Assembly (NCBI GenBank): GCA_963931635.1
Contig: OZ007034.1
Coordinates: forward strand, 409,285 to 473,284
Source of the DNA: an uncultured Bacteroides sp.
Lineage (GTDB): Bacteria; Bacteroidota; Bacteroidia; Bacteroidales; UBA11471
Length of the DNA: 64,000 bases
Reading direction: 5' to 3'
Shown: one piece after another, positions 47,010-60,106 of the stretch
Layout of the letters: each line of letters begins with the position of its first letter
How positions within the stretch are numbered: the first letter of the stretch is position 1
Translations under genes and position numbers: made by a program
The notes under the pieces: generated by a model
Databases searched by the model: none
The model's input: the letters and a program-made list of their open reading frames with translations, nothing else
Told to the model about the DNA's origin: nothing

Positions 47010-47204
47010 TCAATTCGCCAGGGAATAAAGCCACACAAAAAGGAGGATAGCCGCTAAAATTGACAGGAATAACGCTATACCCATCCATGTATTTGTCAAA
47101 ATAGGGCGCCAAAAATCCATATTCGAGCGAAACATATGAAAGTAAAATATCCCGAGACCTAGCAATATAACAATCAAAAGAATTATTTCTGTTGTTCTAT
47201 CCAT
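47010..47204 (-). CDS. Tiny two-TM-helix protein (64 aa), array member 3
   Basis: MDRTTEIILLIVILLGLGIFYFHMFRSNMDFW...LSILAAILLFVWLYSLAN. It shares identical N- and C-terminal stretches with member 2. Confidence 0.55.
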   Translation of the reverse strand: MDRTTEIILLIVILLGLGIFYFHMFRSNMDFWRPILTNTWMGIALFLSILAAILLFVWLYSLAN

Positions 47205-47251
47205 ATAAGACTCTTTAAGTTCCCTATATCATTCGGGTAAAACGATTATCA

Positions 47252-47291
47252 GAAAAAAGCGGCCGTGCCCCTAAAAAGCGCGGCCGCTTTT
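47252..47291 (-). terminator. Intrinsic terminator of pgi
   Basis: GCGGCCG (47259-47265) pairs with CGGCCGC (47281-47287). On minus it is followed by TTTTTTC. Confidence 0.7.
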
Positions 47292-47309
47292 GCATATACA
47301 CCTTGGCTA

Positions 47310-48641
47310 CTACAAGCGTGCCTTGATGGCTTTGCTCTCGGCTTCGTATCCGGGCTTATCGAGCAAGGCAAACATATTCTTCTTATAAGCCTCGACACCG
47401 GGCTGGTCAAACGGATTGACGCCCAACATATAACCGCTTATACCGCAGGCTTTCTCAAAGAAATAGACAAGTTGGCCGATGTAATATTCGGTAACGGCAG
47501 GCATCTCCACCTTCAAGTTGGGAACACCTCCGTCGACATGGGCTATCTGAGTACCCAGTTCGGCCATTTTGTTCACGGCATCGATACGTTTTCCGGCCAG
47601 GAAATTCAGTCCGTCGAGGTTCTCCTCATCGGCAGGAATGGTCAGCTCATGCTTCATCTGTTTCACCGAAACGACTGTTTCAAAAATCGTACGTTCTCCG
47701 TCCTGAATCCATTGACCCATAGAGTGGAGGTCGGTGGTAAAGTCGACAGAAGCCGGGAATATGCCCTTATGGTCTTTTCCCTCGCTCTCGCCGTAGAGTT
47801 GTTTCCACCACTCGGCAAGGAAATGCAGTTTGGGATTGAAGTTGACCAGAATTTCGATCTTCTTGCCTTGGCGATAAAGCACGTTGCGGGCCGATGCATA
47901 CTGCAAGGCCGGATTTTGCTCGGCGGGTACCGTTTCGTCGCAGGCTTTCTCCATGTCGGCAGCACCGGCCACCAGCTGTTTGATATCAAAACCGGCCACA
48001 GCAATTGGCAGCAACCCCACGGGTGTAAGCACCGAGAAACGTCCGCCCACGTTATCGGGAATGACAAAGGTCTTGTAACCCTCCATGTCGGCCAGTTTGC
48101 GCAAGGCACCACGAGCCGCATCGGTAACAGCAACGATACGTTTCTTGGCCTCGGCCTTGCCCACCTGATCTTCCAGTTGTTTTTTCAGCAGGCGGAAAGC
48201 GATGGCAGGCTCGGTCGTGGTTCCCGATTTGGAGATATTGATAAGACCGAACTGTTTGCCCCGGAGGAGTTCCTGCAATTCATAAAGATAATCTTCGCCG
48301 ATGTTCTGTCCGGCAAAAAGCACCCGTGTACCGGTACTCTTTTTAAGGTGAGCAAACGAGTCGGAGAGAGCCTCTACCACCATTTTGGCACCCAGGTAAC
48401 TGCCACCAATACCGATGGCCACCACCACCTCGCAACGCTCGCGCAGCGAAGCAGCTACGGCCTCTACCTCATCGAGAAATGCCGGCGTTATCGACGACGG
48501 CAGATGAAGCCAACCCAAAAAATCGTTTCCCTTACCATTACCGGCATGCAGGGTTTTCTGTGCAGCCACGGCCTCAACAGCCACAGCCTCGACAGCCTCT
48601 TTTCCAAGAGCTTTCGTGTAAGAAAATGCAATTGTTTCCAT
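47310..48641 (-). CDS. pgi: Glucose-6-phosphate isomerase
   Basis: 443 aa. Motifs: [29 protein letters not shown]. Confidence 0.9.
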   Translation of the reverse strand: METIAFSYTKALGKEAVEAVAVEAVAAQKTLHAGNGKGNDFLGWLHLPSSITPAFLDEVEAVAASLRERCEVVVAIGIGGSYLGAKMVVEALSDSFAHLKKSTGTRVLFAGQNIGEDYLYELQELLRGKQFGLINISKSGTTTEPAIAFRLLKKQLEDQVGKAEAKKRIVAVTDAARGALRKLADMEGYKTFVIPDNVGGRFSVLTPVGLLPIAVAGFDIKQLVAGAADMEKACDETVPAEQNPALQYASARNVLYRQGKKIEILVNFNPKLHFLAEWWKQLYGESEGKDHKGIFPASVDFTTDLHSMGQWIQDGERTIFETVVSVKQMKHELTIPADEENLDGLNFLAGKRIDAVNKMAELGTQIAHVDGGVPNLKVEMPAVTEYYIGQLVYFFEKACGISGYMLGVNPFDQPGVEAYKKNMFALLDKPGYEAESKAIKARL

Positions 48642-48676
48642 AGTATTCTGTATAACTTATGTTTGTTTCTTTTTCT

Positions 48677-48684
48677 CAAAAATA
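48677..48684 (-). promoter_or_regulatory. -7 promoter box TATTTTTG upstream of pgi
   Basis: Exact TAnnTTTG on the minus strand, about 35 nt upstream of the ATG at 48641. Confidence 0.4.
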
Positions 48685-48836
48685 GAAAATTCCGCAGAAA
48701 CCGACAAACAATGGCAGGATATTTTTCGGAGAACGAGATAAAATGGAAAAAGAAGAGGCCGGGAAGCGGTTGTTTTTGAAAAAAGACGTATCTTTATCGG
48801 CCAAAAGCAAGTGCTTTGTCCTTGCAGATTTCCGAC

Positions 48837-50012
48837 ATGAGAAAACTTTACGCCTGCCTGCTGTCTCTGATTTTCTGCGTCCCGGCCGTTGCCGAGCGGG
48901 TCGACAGCCTGCGCGTATCGCTGCTTACCGCTGCCCCGGGCAGCCAGGCCTACGAACTCTTCGGACACACAGGCATACGGGTGCGTAACGGGCACGACGA
49001 CATTGTGTTCCATTACGGGCTCTTCGATTTCAATGCCCCCCACTTCTTCTACCGATTTACCAAAGGAGAAACCGATTACAGCATCGGCGCGGCAGGATAC
49101 CGCGACTTCGTATACAGTTATGTGCTGCGCGGCAGTACGGTCTATGAGCAGGAGCTCCTGCTTTCACCGGACGAAGCCCGTCAACTGCTCGACACCCTGC
49201 TCCTGAACATGGAGCCCGACCGACGCATCTATCGATACAATTTTCTCTTCGACAACTGCGCCACCCGACCGCGCGACAAGATAGAACACTGCCTCTCGGG
49301 AGAGATACGCTACAACACGGCCGACACGACACGGGTCACATTCAGAGAGTTGATACACGAGCACACGCGCAACCACCCGTGGCTCACCTTCGGCATAGAC
49401 CTGGCCCTGGGGGCACCGCTCGACAGGCCCGCCACCCTGCGGGAACAAATGTTCCTGCCATCGATTTACCGCCAGTGTGTCGAAGAGGCCCGCATTGTCG
49501 AGAGCGACGGTACGGTGCGCCCGCTTACAGGAGAGACACATACTTACGAAGGCGTACAAGGGGCCCTCAAAGCCAGTTCACCGACACTGCTCACCCCCAC
49601 CGTCGTCTTTACCCTGATCTTTGTCCTCACCGTTGTTTTCTCCATAGCAGAATATCGACGGGGCCGCCACATACGGGCACCCGACTATGTGATATTCGGG
49701 TTTTACGGACTGTTCGGCTGCGTGTTGTTTTTCCTCATATTCATCTCGATACACCCGGCCACTTCGCCCAATTACTCGGCACTGTGGTGCCACCCGTTTC
49801 TGTGGGTCATCGCCGCATGTGAAGCATTCGCCCCCCGCAAACGCATCACCACACAGCTCATGTCGGTACTGCTGCTGGTCAGCCTGGTTACGATAGTATC
49901 CATGCCGTTCCTGCCACAGACGTTCCACCCGGCATTTGTGCCGCTGGCACTCATACCGGCCGTTCGCAGCATTGCTTGGCTTAAAATCGAGCAGAAAAAC
50001 GGCCGATTATAA
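48837..50012 (+). CDS. DUF4105-like (Lnb N-terminal domain) protein with C-terminal membrane region
   Basis: Signal peptide MRKLYACLLSLIFCVPAVA, then APGSQAYELFGHTGIRV...YRYNFLFDNCATRPRD, typical of DUF4105. Four or five C-terminal TM helices follow. The start was set to the ATG at 48837. Confidence 0.7.
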   Translation: MRKLYACLLSLIFCVPAVAERVDSLRVSLLTAAPGSQAYELFGHTGIRVRNGHDDIVFHYGLFDFNAPHFFYRFTKGETDYSIGAAGYRDFVYSYVLRGSTVYEQELLLSPDEARQLLDTLLLNMEPDRRIYRYNFLFDNCATRPRDKIEHCLSGEIRYNTADTTRVTFRELIHEHTRNHPWLTFGIDLALGAPLDRPATLREQMFLPSIYRQCVEEARIVESDGTVRPLTGETHTYEGVQGALKASSPTLLTPTVVFTLIFVLTVVFSIAEYRRGRHIRAPDYVIFGFYGLFGCVLFFLIFISIHPATSPNYSALWCHPFLWVIAACEAFAPRKRITTQLMSVLLLVSLVTIVSMPFLPQTFHPAFVPLALIPAVRSIAWLKIEQKNGRL

Positions 50013-50096
50013 TCAACGGCCGGCTCCAAGAGACGAAAAGCCCGGACGGCGCCACTATTTTATGCAAGAAAAGGCCCGAAATTCAAGCATTTTATC

Positions 50097-50104
50097 TATC
50101 TTTG
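50097..50104 (+). promoter_or_regulatory. -7 promoter box TATCTTTG upstream of secA
   Basis: Exact TAnnTTTG, about 90 nt upstream of the secA ATG. Confidence 0.45.
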
Positions 50105-50194
50105 CAACGTATTGTGCCCGATAGCCTCATGAGGCCACCGGCTACCATGCATTTTTAAACCGAAACAAGTAAAAAACACAACCGAAATACCACT

Positions 50195-53503
<3,309 letters not shown>

Positions 53504-53591
53504 CCACAGGCAGCAGCCATACCCCTGAAACCATACATTAATCCCGGCCGGAAGCCCCATACTCCCGGCCGGGTCAGAAAATAAAAAGCCA

Positions 53592-55319
53592 ATGAACATA
53601 CTCGAACTGAGCGAACAAGAAATCATTCGTCGCAACAGCCTCGACGAGATGCGGAAACTGGGCATCGAACCCTACCCCGCCGCCGAGTATCCCGTAAACG
53701 CCTATACCGACGAAATCAAAGAATCCTTCTCCGACGAAGCTCCCCAACGGGAAGTTTCGGTAGCCGGCCGCATCATGAGCCGCCGCATCATGGGCAAAGC
53801 CTCCTTTATCGAGCTCAAAGACTCGAAAGGCCGCATACAAGTCTACATCTCCCGCGACGACCTCTGCCCCGGAGAAGACAAGGAACTCTACAACACCGTA
53901 TTCAAGAAACTTCTCGACATCGGCGACTTCATCGGCATCAAGGGCTTTGTGTTCCGCACCCAGATGGGCGAAATCACCATTCACGCCCAGGAACTCACCG
54001 TGCTGGCCAAGTCGCTGCGCCCGCTGCCCATCGTCAAGATCAAAGACGGCGTTGTCTACGACGCCTTTGAAGACCCCGAGCTGCGCTACCGCCAACGCTA
54101 CGTCGACCTGGTCGTAAACGAAGGCGTGAAAGAGATATTCATCAAACGCAACCGGGTGTACAACTCCATGCGCGAATTTTTCAACTCGCGCGGCTACATG
54201 GAGGTCGAGACCCCCATACTGCAATCGATTCCCGGTGGTGCCGCCGCACGGCCCTTCATCACCCACCACAACGCACTCGACATTCCGCTCTACCTGCGTA
54301 TCGCCGACGAGCTTTACCTCAAACGCCTTATCGTGGGCGGATTTGAAGGCGTGTATGAATTCTCCAAGAACTTCCGCAACGAAGGCATGGACCGCACGCA
54401 CAACCCCGAGTTCACCTGCATGGAGATATATGTCTCCTACAAGGACTACAACTGGATGATGAACTTCACCGAACAGATGCTCGAAAAAATCGCCCTCGAC
54501 GTCAACGGTACAACCCAGGTGCAGGTGGGCGACAACCTCATCGACTTCAAAGCTCCCTACAAACGGGTAACCATGACCGATGCCATCAAAGAGTTTACCG
54601 GTGTCGACATCACCGGCATGAACGAAGAGCAACTGCGCGACGTATGCCGCCAGCTTGATATCGAAATCGACGACACCATGGGTAAAGGCAAACTCATCGA
54701 CGAGATATTCGGTGAGAAATGCGAAGGTCATTTCATACAGCCCACCTTCATCACCGACTACCCCATCGAGATGTCGCCCCTCACCAAGCGCCACCGCAAC
54801 AACCCCGAACTGACCGAACGCTTCGAACTGATGGTCAACGGAAAAGAGTTGTGCAACGCCTACTCCGAACTCAATGACCCCATCGACCAGCGCTACCGCT
54901 TCGAAGAGCAGTTGCGACTCTCCGAGAAAGGCGATGACGAAGCGATGTTCATCGACAACGACTTCATACGCGCGCTCGAATACGGCATGCCGCCCACCTC
55001 GGGTATGGGCATCGGCATGGACCGCCTCGTCATGCTCATGACCGGACAGTCGACCATTCAGGAAGTACTCTTCTTCCCGCAGATGCGTCCCGAAAAGACC
55101 CAAAAGAAGGACCCCGAAAGCGCATACGTAGGCATCGGCGTTCCCAAAGAGTGGGTTCCCGCCATTCAGAAAGCCGGCTACCTCACCCTTGAAGCTCTGA
55201 GCAGTGCCAACCCCAACAAGTTGCAGCAAGACTTGTGCGGGCTCAACAAGAAGTACAAACTCGAACTGACCAACCCTACGGCCGAAGAGGTAAGAACCTG
55301 GGTCGAAAAAGCCCGATAG
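53592..55319 (+). CDS. lysS: Lysine--tRNA ligase (class II)
   Basis: 575 aa. Motifs FRNEGMDRTHNPEFT and GMGIGMDRLVM. It has a C-terminal extension of about 70 aa. Confidence 0.95.
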   Translation: MNILELSEQEIIRRNSLDEMRKLGIEPYPAAEYPVNAYTDEIKESFSDEAPQREVSVAGRIMSRRIMGKASFIELKDSKGRIQVYISRDDLCPGEDKELYNTVFKKLLDIGDFIGIKGFVFRTQMGEITIHAQELTVLAKSLRPLPIVKIKDGVVYDAFEDPELRYRQRYVDLVVNEGVKEIFIKRNRVYNSMREFFNSRGYMEVETPILQSIPGGAAARPFITHHNALDIPLYLRIADELYLKRLIVGGFEGVYEFSKNFRNEGMDRTHNPEFTCMEIYVSYKDYNWMMNFTEQMLEKIALDVNGTTQVQVGDNLIDFKAPYKRVTMTDAIKEFTGVDITGMNEEQLRDVCRQLDIEIDDTMGKGKLIDEIFGEKCEGHFIQPTFITDYPIEMSPLTKRHRNNPELTERFELMVNGKELCNAYSELNDPIDQRYRFEEQLRLSEKGDDEAMFIDNDFIRALEYGMPPTSGMGIGMDRLVMLMTGQSTIQEVLFFPQMRPEKTQKKDPESAYVGIGVPKEWVPAIQKAGYLTLEALSSANPNKLQQDLCGLNKKYKLELTNPTAEEVRTWVEKAR

Positions 55320-55356
55320 CGAAAAAAACATCTAAAATCAGAGAGGAGGAACAACG

Positions 55357-56355
55357 ATGAATCTCCCGGGAAAAGTGGCCATCATCGGAGGCGGCACATG
55401 GGCTACCGCCATCGCAAAGCTCGTCTTGTGCAATGCCGACTCCATCAACTGGTACATACGCAACGAAGACACCATCGAGGAGTTTATCCGCTCGGGGCGC
55501 AACCCGATGTACCTGTCGAGCGTGAAATTTGAAATCAGCCGCATCGGATTCTCGGCCGACATCAACAATGTCGCCAAAGAGTCGGATACGCTCATTCTGG
55601 TCACGCCCTCGCCCTACATCAAGTCTCAGCTCAAAAAGCTGAAAAGCAAGGCCCTGCAAGACAAGTTCATCATCTCGGCCATCAAAGGCATCGTACCCGA
55701 CGAGAATCTGGTCATTACAGAATATCTGAAACGATACTTCAAAGTTCCCGGCGACAGGCTGGCCGTCATCGGCGGCCCCTGCCACGCCGAGGAGGTAGCC
55801 CTCGAACGGCTCTCCTACCTCACCATAGGCTGCCCCGACCTGCGCAACGCCCAGATGGCTGCCGACCTGCTGCGCACCCCGTTCATGCGCACCACCACGT
55901 CGACCGACGTCGAAGGTATAGAATATGCTGCCGTGCTGAAAAACGTCTACGCCATCGCAGCCGGTATATGCAACGGCATGAAATACGGCGATAACCTGCA
56001 AGCCGTGTTGGTGTCAAACGCCATACAAGAGTTGCAACGGTTTGTCAACGTGGCCAACCCCATGCCCCGCAACATCTGCGAGCCGGCCTACTTGGGCGAC
56101 CTGCTGGTAACGGCCTATTCCAGTTTCAGCCGCAACTTCCTCTTCGGCACAATGATAGGAAAAGGCTACTCGGTAAAGGCAGCTCAGACCGAAATGGAGA
56201 TGATAGCCGAAGGCTATTACGGCACCAAGTGCATTACTGAAATCAATGAAAAGCTGCAAGTGGAAATGCCGATTCTGAATGCTGTGTACAACATACTTTA
56301 CAAGCGCAAGTCCATTCCCTGTGAACTGCGCCAACTGGCTGATAGGCTGCATTGA
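55357..56355 (+). CDS. gpsA: NAD(P)H-dependent glycerol-3-phosphate dehydrogenase
   Basis: Rossmann motif VAIIGGGTWATA, then GPCHAEEV and AEGYYGTKC. Confidence 0.9.
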   Translation: MNLPGKVAIIGGGTWATAIAKLVLCNADSINWYIRNEDTIEEFIRSGRNPMYLSSVKFEISRIGFSADINNVAKESDTLILVTPSPYIKSQLKKLKSKALQDKFIISAIKGIVPDENLVITEYLKRYFKVPGDRLAVIGGPCHAEEVALERLSYLTIGCPDLRNAQMAADLLRTPFMRTTTSTDVEGIEYAAVLKNVYAIAAGICNGMKYGDNLQAVLVSNAIQELQRFVNVANPMPRNICEPAYLGDLLVTAYSSFSRNFLFGTMIGKGYSVKAAQTEMEMIAEGYYGTKCITEINEKLQVEMPILNAVYNILYKRKSIPCELRQLADRLH

Positions 56356-56369
56356 CCTCATACCGATAT

Positions 56370-56416
56370 AAAAGAGTGAGGGGCGCTCCCATACGGGCAC
56401 GCCCCTCACTCTTTTT
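56370..56416. terminator. Bidirectional terminator between gpsA and slyD
   Basis: AGAGTGAGGGGCG (56373-56385) pairs with CGCCCCTCACTCT (56400-56412). It is flanked by an A-run and a T-run. Confidence 0.85.
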
Positions 56417-56432
56417 GCAGGAACAAATGTCA

Positions 56433-56993
56433 TCAATGGCAACAGCCACCACCACAGCCATCGTGGTCGTGATCGCCACAACCACCACCGCAACTGTCGC
56501 AACCACAACCGCAGGAATGCACGGGGTTAAGCTCTTCGGGCGTAGCAGGACGCACCGTCTTGACCGTACCCACAAAGTGAAGGTCCTCACCGGCAAGCGG
56601 GTGGTTGAAGTCCATTACCACAATATCTTCTTTCACGTCGAGTACCGAACCATTGAGGCGGTTGCCACTGGCATCCATCATGGGCACGGTATTGCCTGGG
56701 AAAATATATTCGTCGTCGAATTTACCATCGACCTCAAACATTTTTTTGTCGAGTTCAAGCACATGGTCTTCATCACGTTCGCCATAAGCGTCGTTACAGG
56801 GAATCACAAAATCGAAAGTGTCGCCCACCTTCAAGTCCATGATTTTAGCCTCGAACGAGGGAAGCATCTGCTCCACTCCGCAGACAAAACGCAGGGGAGA
56901 ATCTTCCGAAGTTTCCTCCATCAGTTCGTTTTCGGGACCAACAAAAAGTTTATACGTCAATTCGACAAATTGTCCGGGTTTGATTGTTTCCAT
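56433..56993 (-). CDS. slyD: FKBP-type peptidyl-prolyl isomerase SlyD with Cys/Gly/His-rich C-terminal tail
   Basis: FKBP plus IF-domain architecture (VELTYKL...HPLAGEDLHFVGTV). The tail reads HSCGCGCDSCGGGCGDHDHDGCGGGCCH. Confidence 0.85.
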   Translation of the reverse strand: METIKPGQFVELTYKLFVGPENELMEETSEDSPLRFVCGVEQMLPSFEAKIMDLKVGDTFDFVIPCNDAYGERDEDHVLELDKKMFEVDGKFDDEYIFPGNTVPMMDASGNRLNGSVLDVKEDIVVMDFNHPLAGEDLHFVGTVKTVRPATPEELNPVHSCGCGCDSCGGGCGDHDHDGCGGGCCH

Positions 56994-57267
56994 ATAATAA
57001 ATATGTTATTAAATAAGTATTCACGGTATTTCCCGCAAAGGTACGAAAGGTTTTCCAGATTCCTGGCGTCGGACTCAAAAATTACCTTATATTAAAGATG
57101 TGAAGTCACAGAAAGAACAAAATCATAACGAATGTGTTATTGTTCAAGAAAAACAAATCAAAACCTTTGTATTAAAAAAAATATTTGCATCTTTGCAGTC
57201 AAAAGATTGTTAACAACCACGACTGTCCGCGAGGACCGCATATATCATTTACAGAATTAACTCAATT

Positions 57268-58578
57268 ATGGAAAAAGAACAAAAACCCCGCCGTCCCCGT
57301 ATTGGAGAGGCAAAAGGGGCCGCTTACCGTGAAGGAAACAGCGAAAAGTACGAAAAGGTAAATTACTCTCGTCGCAACGATTCGGACTACAACTACAACA
57401 ATCGACGTCCTTACAACAACGAAAACCGCAACTACAACCGTCGGAACGACAGTTATGGCAGTAGCAACTACAACTACAATCGCAGTAACTACAACAGCGA
57501 CAATTCCCGTCCGGCCGAAGACAACTTCAACCGCTACGGCGACTATGGTCACAGCCGCAACTACGGCGAACGGCAAGAGGCTGGCTACAACCGCAATAAC
57601 TACAACACGGGCGGCTACAACTACAACAACCGCCGACCCTACCGTCAGAACAACGAAACGGCCGAAGAGCCCAACTTCAATACCATAGGCGGCAACAACC
57701 GACCCTACCGTCAGAACAACCGCAGCGGGTTCAACAACAAGGGCGGATACAACAAGCCTTACGACGGCAACACGCAACGCCGTCCGTTCGGGAACAACCG
57801 TAAACAACGCCCGGTCATGCCCCGTCGCGTCGTTTACGACGAGAGTACCATAGACCCCAACGAACCGATACGCCTCAACAAGTTCCTGGCCAATGCCGGC
57901 GTGTGCTCGCGCCGCGAAGCCGACGAATTCATACAAAAGGGCGAAATTAAGGTCAACGGCGAAGTCATTACCGAGTTGGGCACCAAAATCACCCGCAACG
58001 ATGTGGTAACCCACAACGACAAGGTGGTTCTACCCGAACACAAAATCTATGTGCTGCTCAACAAGCCCAAAGACTGCGTTACCACCTCGGACGACCCCCA
58101 AGGCCGCCTCACCGTCATGGACATCGTGCGCAATGCCTGCACCGAGCGCATCTATCCCGTAGGTCGTCTCGACCGTAACACCACCGGCGTGCTGCTGCTC
58201 ACCAACGACGGCGACCTTGCCTCGAAACTGACACACCCCAAATACATCAAGAAGAAAATATATCACGTATGGCTCGACCGCGACGTCAACGAAGAAGACA
58301 TGCAACGCATTGCCGACGGCATAGAACTTGAAGACGGCCCCATACACGCCGACGCCATCAGCTACGCCACCGACACCGACAAGAACCAGGTGGGCATAGA
58401 GATACACTCGGGCCGCAACCGCGTCGTGCGCCGCATCTTCGAGTCGCTGGGATACCGCGTCGTCAAGCTCGACCGCGTATACTTTGCCGGCCTTACCAAG
58501 AAAAACCTCCCGCGCGGACGCTGGCGCTATCTCACCCAACAGGAGGTAAACTTCTTGAAAATGGGCTCTTTTGAATAA
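57268..58578 (+). CDS. RluB/RsuA-family rRNA pseudouridine synthase with about 190-aa Asn/Tyr/Arg-rich N-terminal extension
   Basis: S4 domain IRLNKFLANAGVCSRREAD. Catalytic motif GRLDRNTTGVLLLTNDG. The N-terminus is low complexity (NYNNRRPYNNENRNYNRRN...). Confidence 0.9.
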   Translation: MEKEQKPRRPRIGEAKGAAYREGNSEKYEKVNYSRRNDSDYNYNNRRPYNNENRNYNRRNDSYGSSNYNYNRSNYNSDNSRPAEDNFNRYGDYGHSRNYGERQEAGYNRNNYNTGGYNYNNRRPYRQNNETAEEPNFNTIGGNNRPYRQNNRSGFNNKGGYNKPYDGNTQRRPFGNNRKQRPVMPRRVVYDESTIDPNEPIRLNKFLANAGVCSRREADEFIQKGEIKVNGEVITELGTKITRNDVVTHNDKVVLPEHKIYVLLNKPKDCVTTSDDPQGRLTVMDIVRNACTERIYPVGRLDRNTTGVLLLTNDGDLASKLTHPKYIKKKIYHVWLDRDVNEEDMQRIADGIELEDGPIHADAISYATDTDKNQVGIEIHSGRNRVVRRIFESLGYRVVKLDRVYFAGLTKKNLPRGRWRYLTQQEVNFLKMGSFE

Positions 58579-58622
58579 TTTACAGACACAACATCAAACA
58601 AGAATAAGAGAGGAACAATCAC

Positions 58623-60029
58623 ATGGAAACGCTTAAACGCACCCGCATTGCCGACCTGTTCCGCACCCAACCCATAGGCACGACCGTCATGGTGAAAGGC
58701 TGGGTACGCACTCGCCGGGGCAACAAACAAGTAGGATTTATCGCCTTGAACGACGGCTCCACCATAAAAAACCTGCAAATCGTCGTAGACCTTGAAAAGT
58801 TCGACGAAGAGACCCTGAAACTCATCACCACCGGAGCCTGCATCTGCGCCACCGGCCGACTGGTCGAGTCACAAGGCAAAGGACAGAGTGCCGAAGTACA
58901 GGCCGAAACACTCGAAGTGTACGGCACCGCCGACCCGCAGACCTATCCGCTTCAAAAGAAAGGACACACCATGGAGTTCTTGCGCGAGATAGCCCACCTG
59001 CGTCCCCGCACCAACACGTTCGGAGCCATATTCCGCATGCGGCACCAGATGGCCTACGCCATACACACCTTCTTCCACCAGAAGGGATTCTGCTACTTCC
59101 ACACCCCCATCATCACGGCATCAGACTGCGAAGGGGCCGGACAGATGTTCCAGGTAACCACCAAGAACCTCTACAACTTGAAGAAAGACGAGAACGGCGC
59201 CATCATCTACGACGACGACTTCTTCGGCAAGCAGACCAGCCTCACCGTTTCGGGCCAACTCGAAGGTGAGCTCGGCGCCACAGCGCTGGGTGCCATCTAC
59301 ACCTTCGGTCCCACATTCCGTGCCGAGAACTCCAACACCCCGCGGCACCTGGCCGAATTCTGGATGATAGAGCCCGAAGTAGCCTTTGCCGACCTCGAAG
59401 AGTTGATGGACCTCGAAGAGGAATTCATCAAATACTGTGTCAAGTGGGCCCTCGACAACTGCCAAGACGACCTGCAATTCCTCAACGACATGTTCGACAA
59501 AGGTCTTATCGAACGCTTGCAAAAGGTGGTAGAGACCGAATTTGTGCGCCTACCCTACACCGACGGCATCAAGATACTCGAAGAGGCCATCGCCAAAGGA
59601 CACCAATTTGAATTCCCCGTATACTGGGGCTGCGACCTCGCCAGCGAACACGAACGCTACCTCGTAGAGGAACACTTCAAGAAACCGGTCATCATGATCA
59701 ACTACCCCAAAGAGATAAAAGCCTTCTACATGAAACAGAACGAAGACGGAAAGACCGTACAGGGTACCGACGTTCTATTCCCGCAGATAGGCGAAATCAT
59801 CGGTGGCAGCGTGCGTGAAGAGAGCTACGACAAACTGATGGCCCGCATCGAGGAGTTGAATATACCCATGAAAGACATGTGGTGGTATCTCGATACCCGC
59901 AAATACGGAACCTGCCCGCACGCCGGCTTCGGACTGGGATTTGAACGCCTCATGCTCTTCGTTACCGGTATGTCCAACATCCGCGACGTGATACCTTTCC
60001 CCCGCACTCCCAAGAATGCCGAATTCTAA
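58623..60029 (+). CDS. asnS: Asparagine--tRNA ligase
   Basis: 468 aa. Motifs: [21 protein letters not shown] and GFGLGFERL. Confidence 0.95.
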   Translation: METLKRTRIADLFRTQPIGTTVMVKGWVRTRRGNKQVGFIALNDGSTIKNLQIVVDLEKFDEETLKLITTGACICATGRLVESQGKGQSAEVQAETLEVYGTADPQTYPLQKKGHTMEFLREIAHLRPRTNTFGAIFRMRHQMAYAIHTFFHQKGFCYFHTPIITASDCEGAGQMFQVTTKNLYNLKKDENGAIIYDDDFFGKQTSLTVSGQLEGELGATALGAIYTFGPTFRAENSNTPRHLAEFWMIEPEVAFADLEELMDLEEEFIKYCVKWALDNCQDDLQFLNDMFDKGLIERLQKVVETEFVRLPYTDGIKILEEAIAKGHQFEFPVYWGCDLASEHERYLVEEHFKKPVIMINYPKEIKAFYMKQNEDGKTVQGTDVLFPQIGEIIGGSVREESYDKLMARIEELNIPMKDMWWYLDTRKYGTCPHAGFGLGFERLMLFVTGMSNIRDVIPFPRTPKNAEF

Positions 60030-60043
60030 ACGGCACTTTCCAT

Positions 60044-60089
60044 AAACAAAGCGTGGCAGCTCTTGCAGGCTGCCACGCTTTGTTTTTTA
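60044..60089. terminator. Bidirectional terminator between asnS and the glycoside hydrolase gene
   Basis: Perfect 17-bp stem, AAACAAAGCGTGGCAGC (60044-60060) pairing with GCTGCCACGCTTTGTTT (60069-60085), followed by TTTT. Confidence 0.9.
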
Positions 60090-60106
60090 TTTACAACTCA
60101 ATGAAG

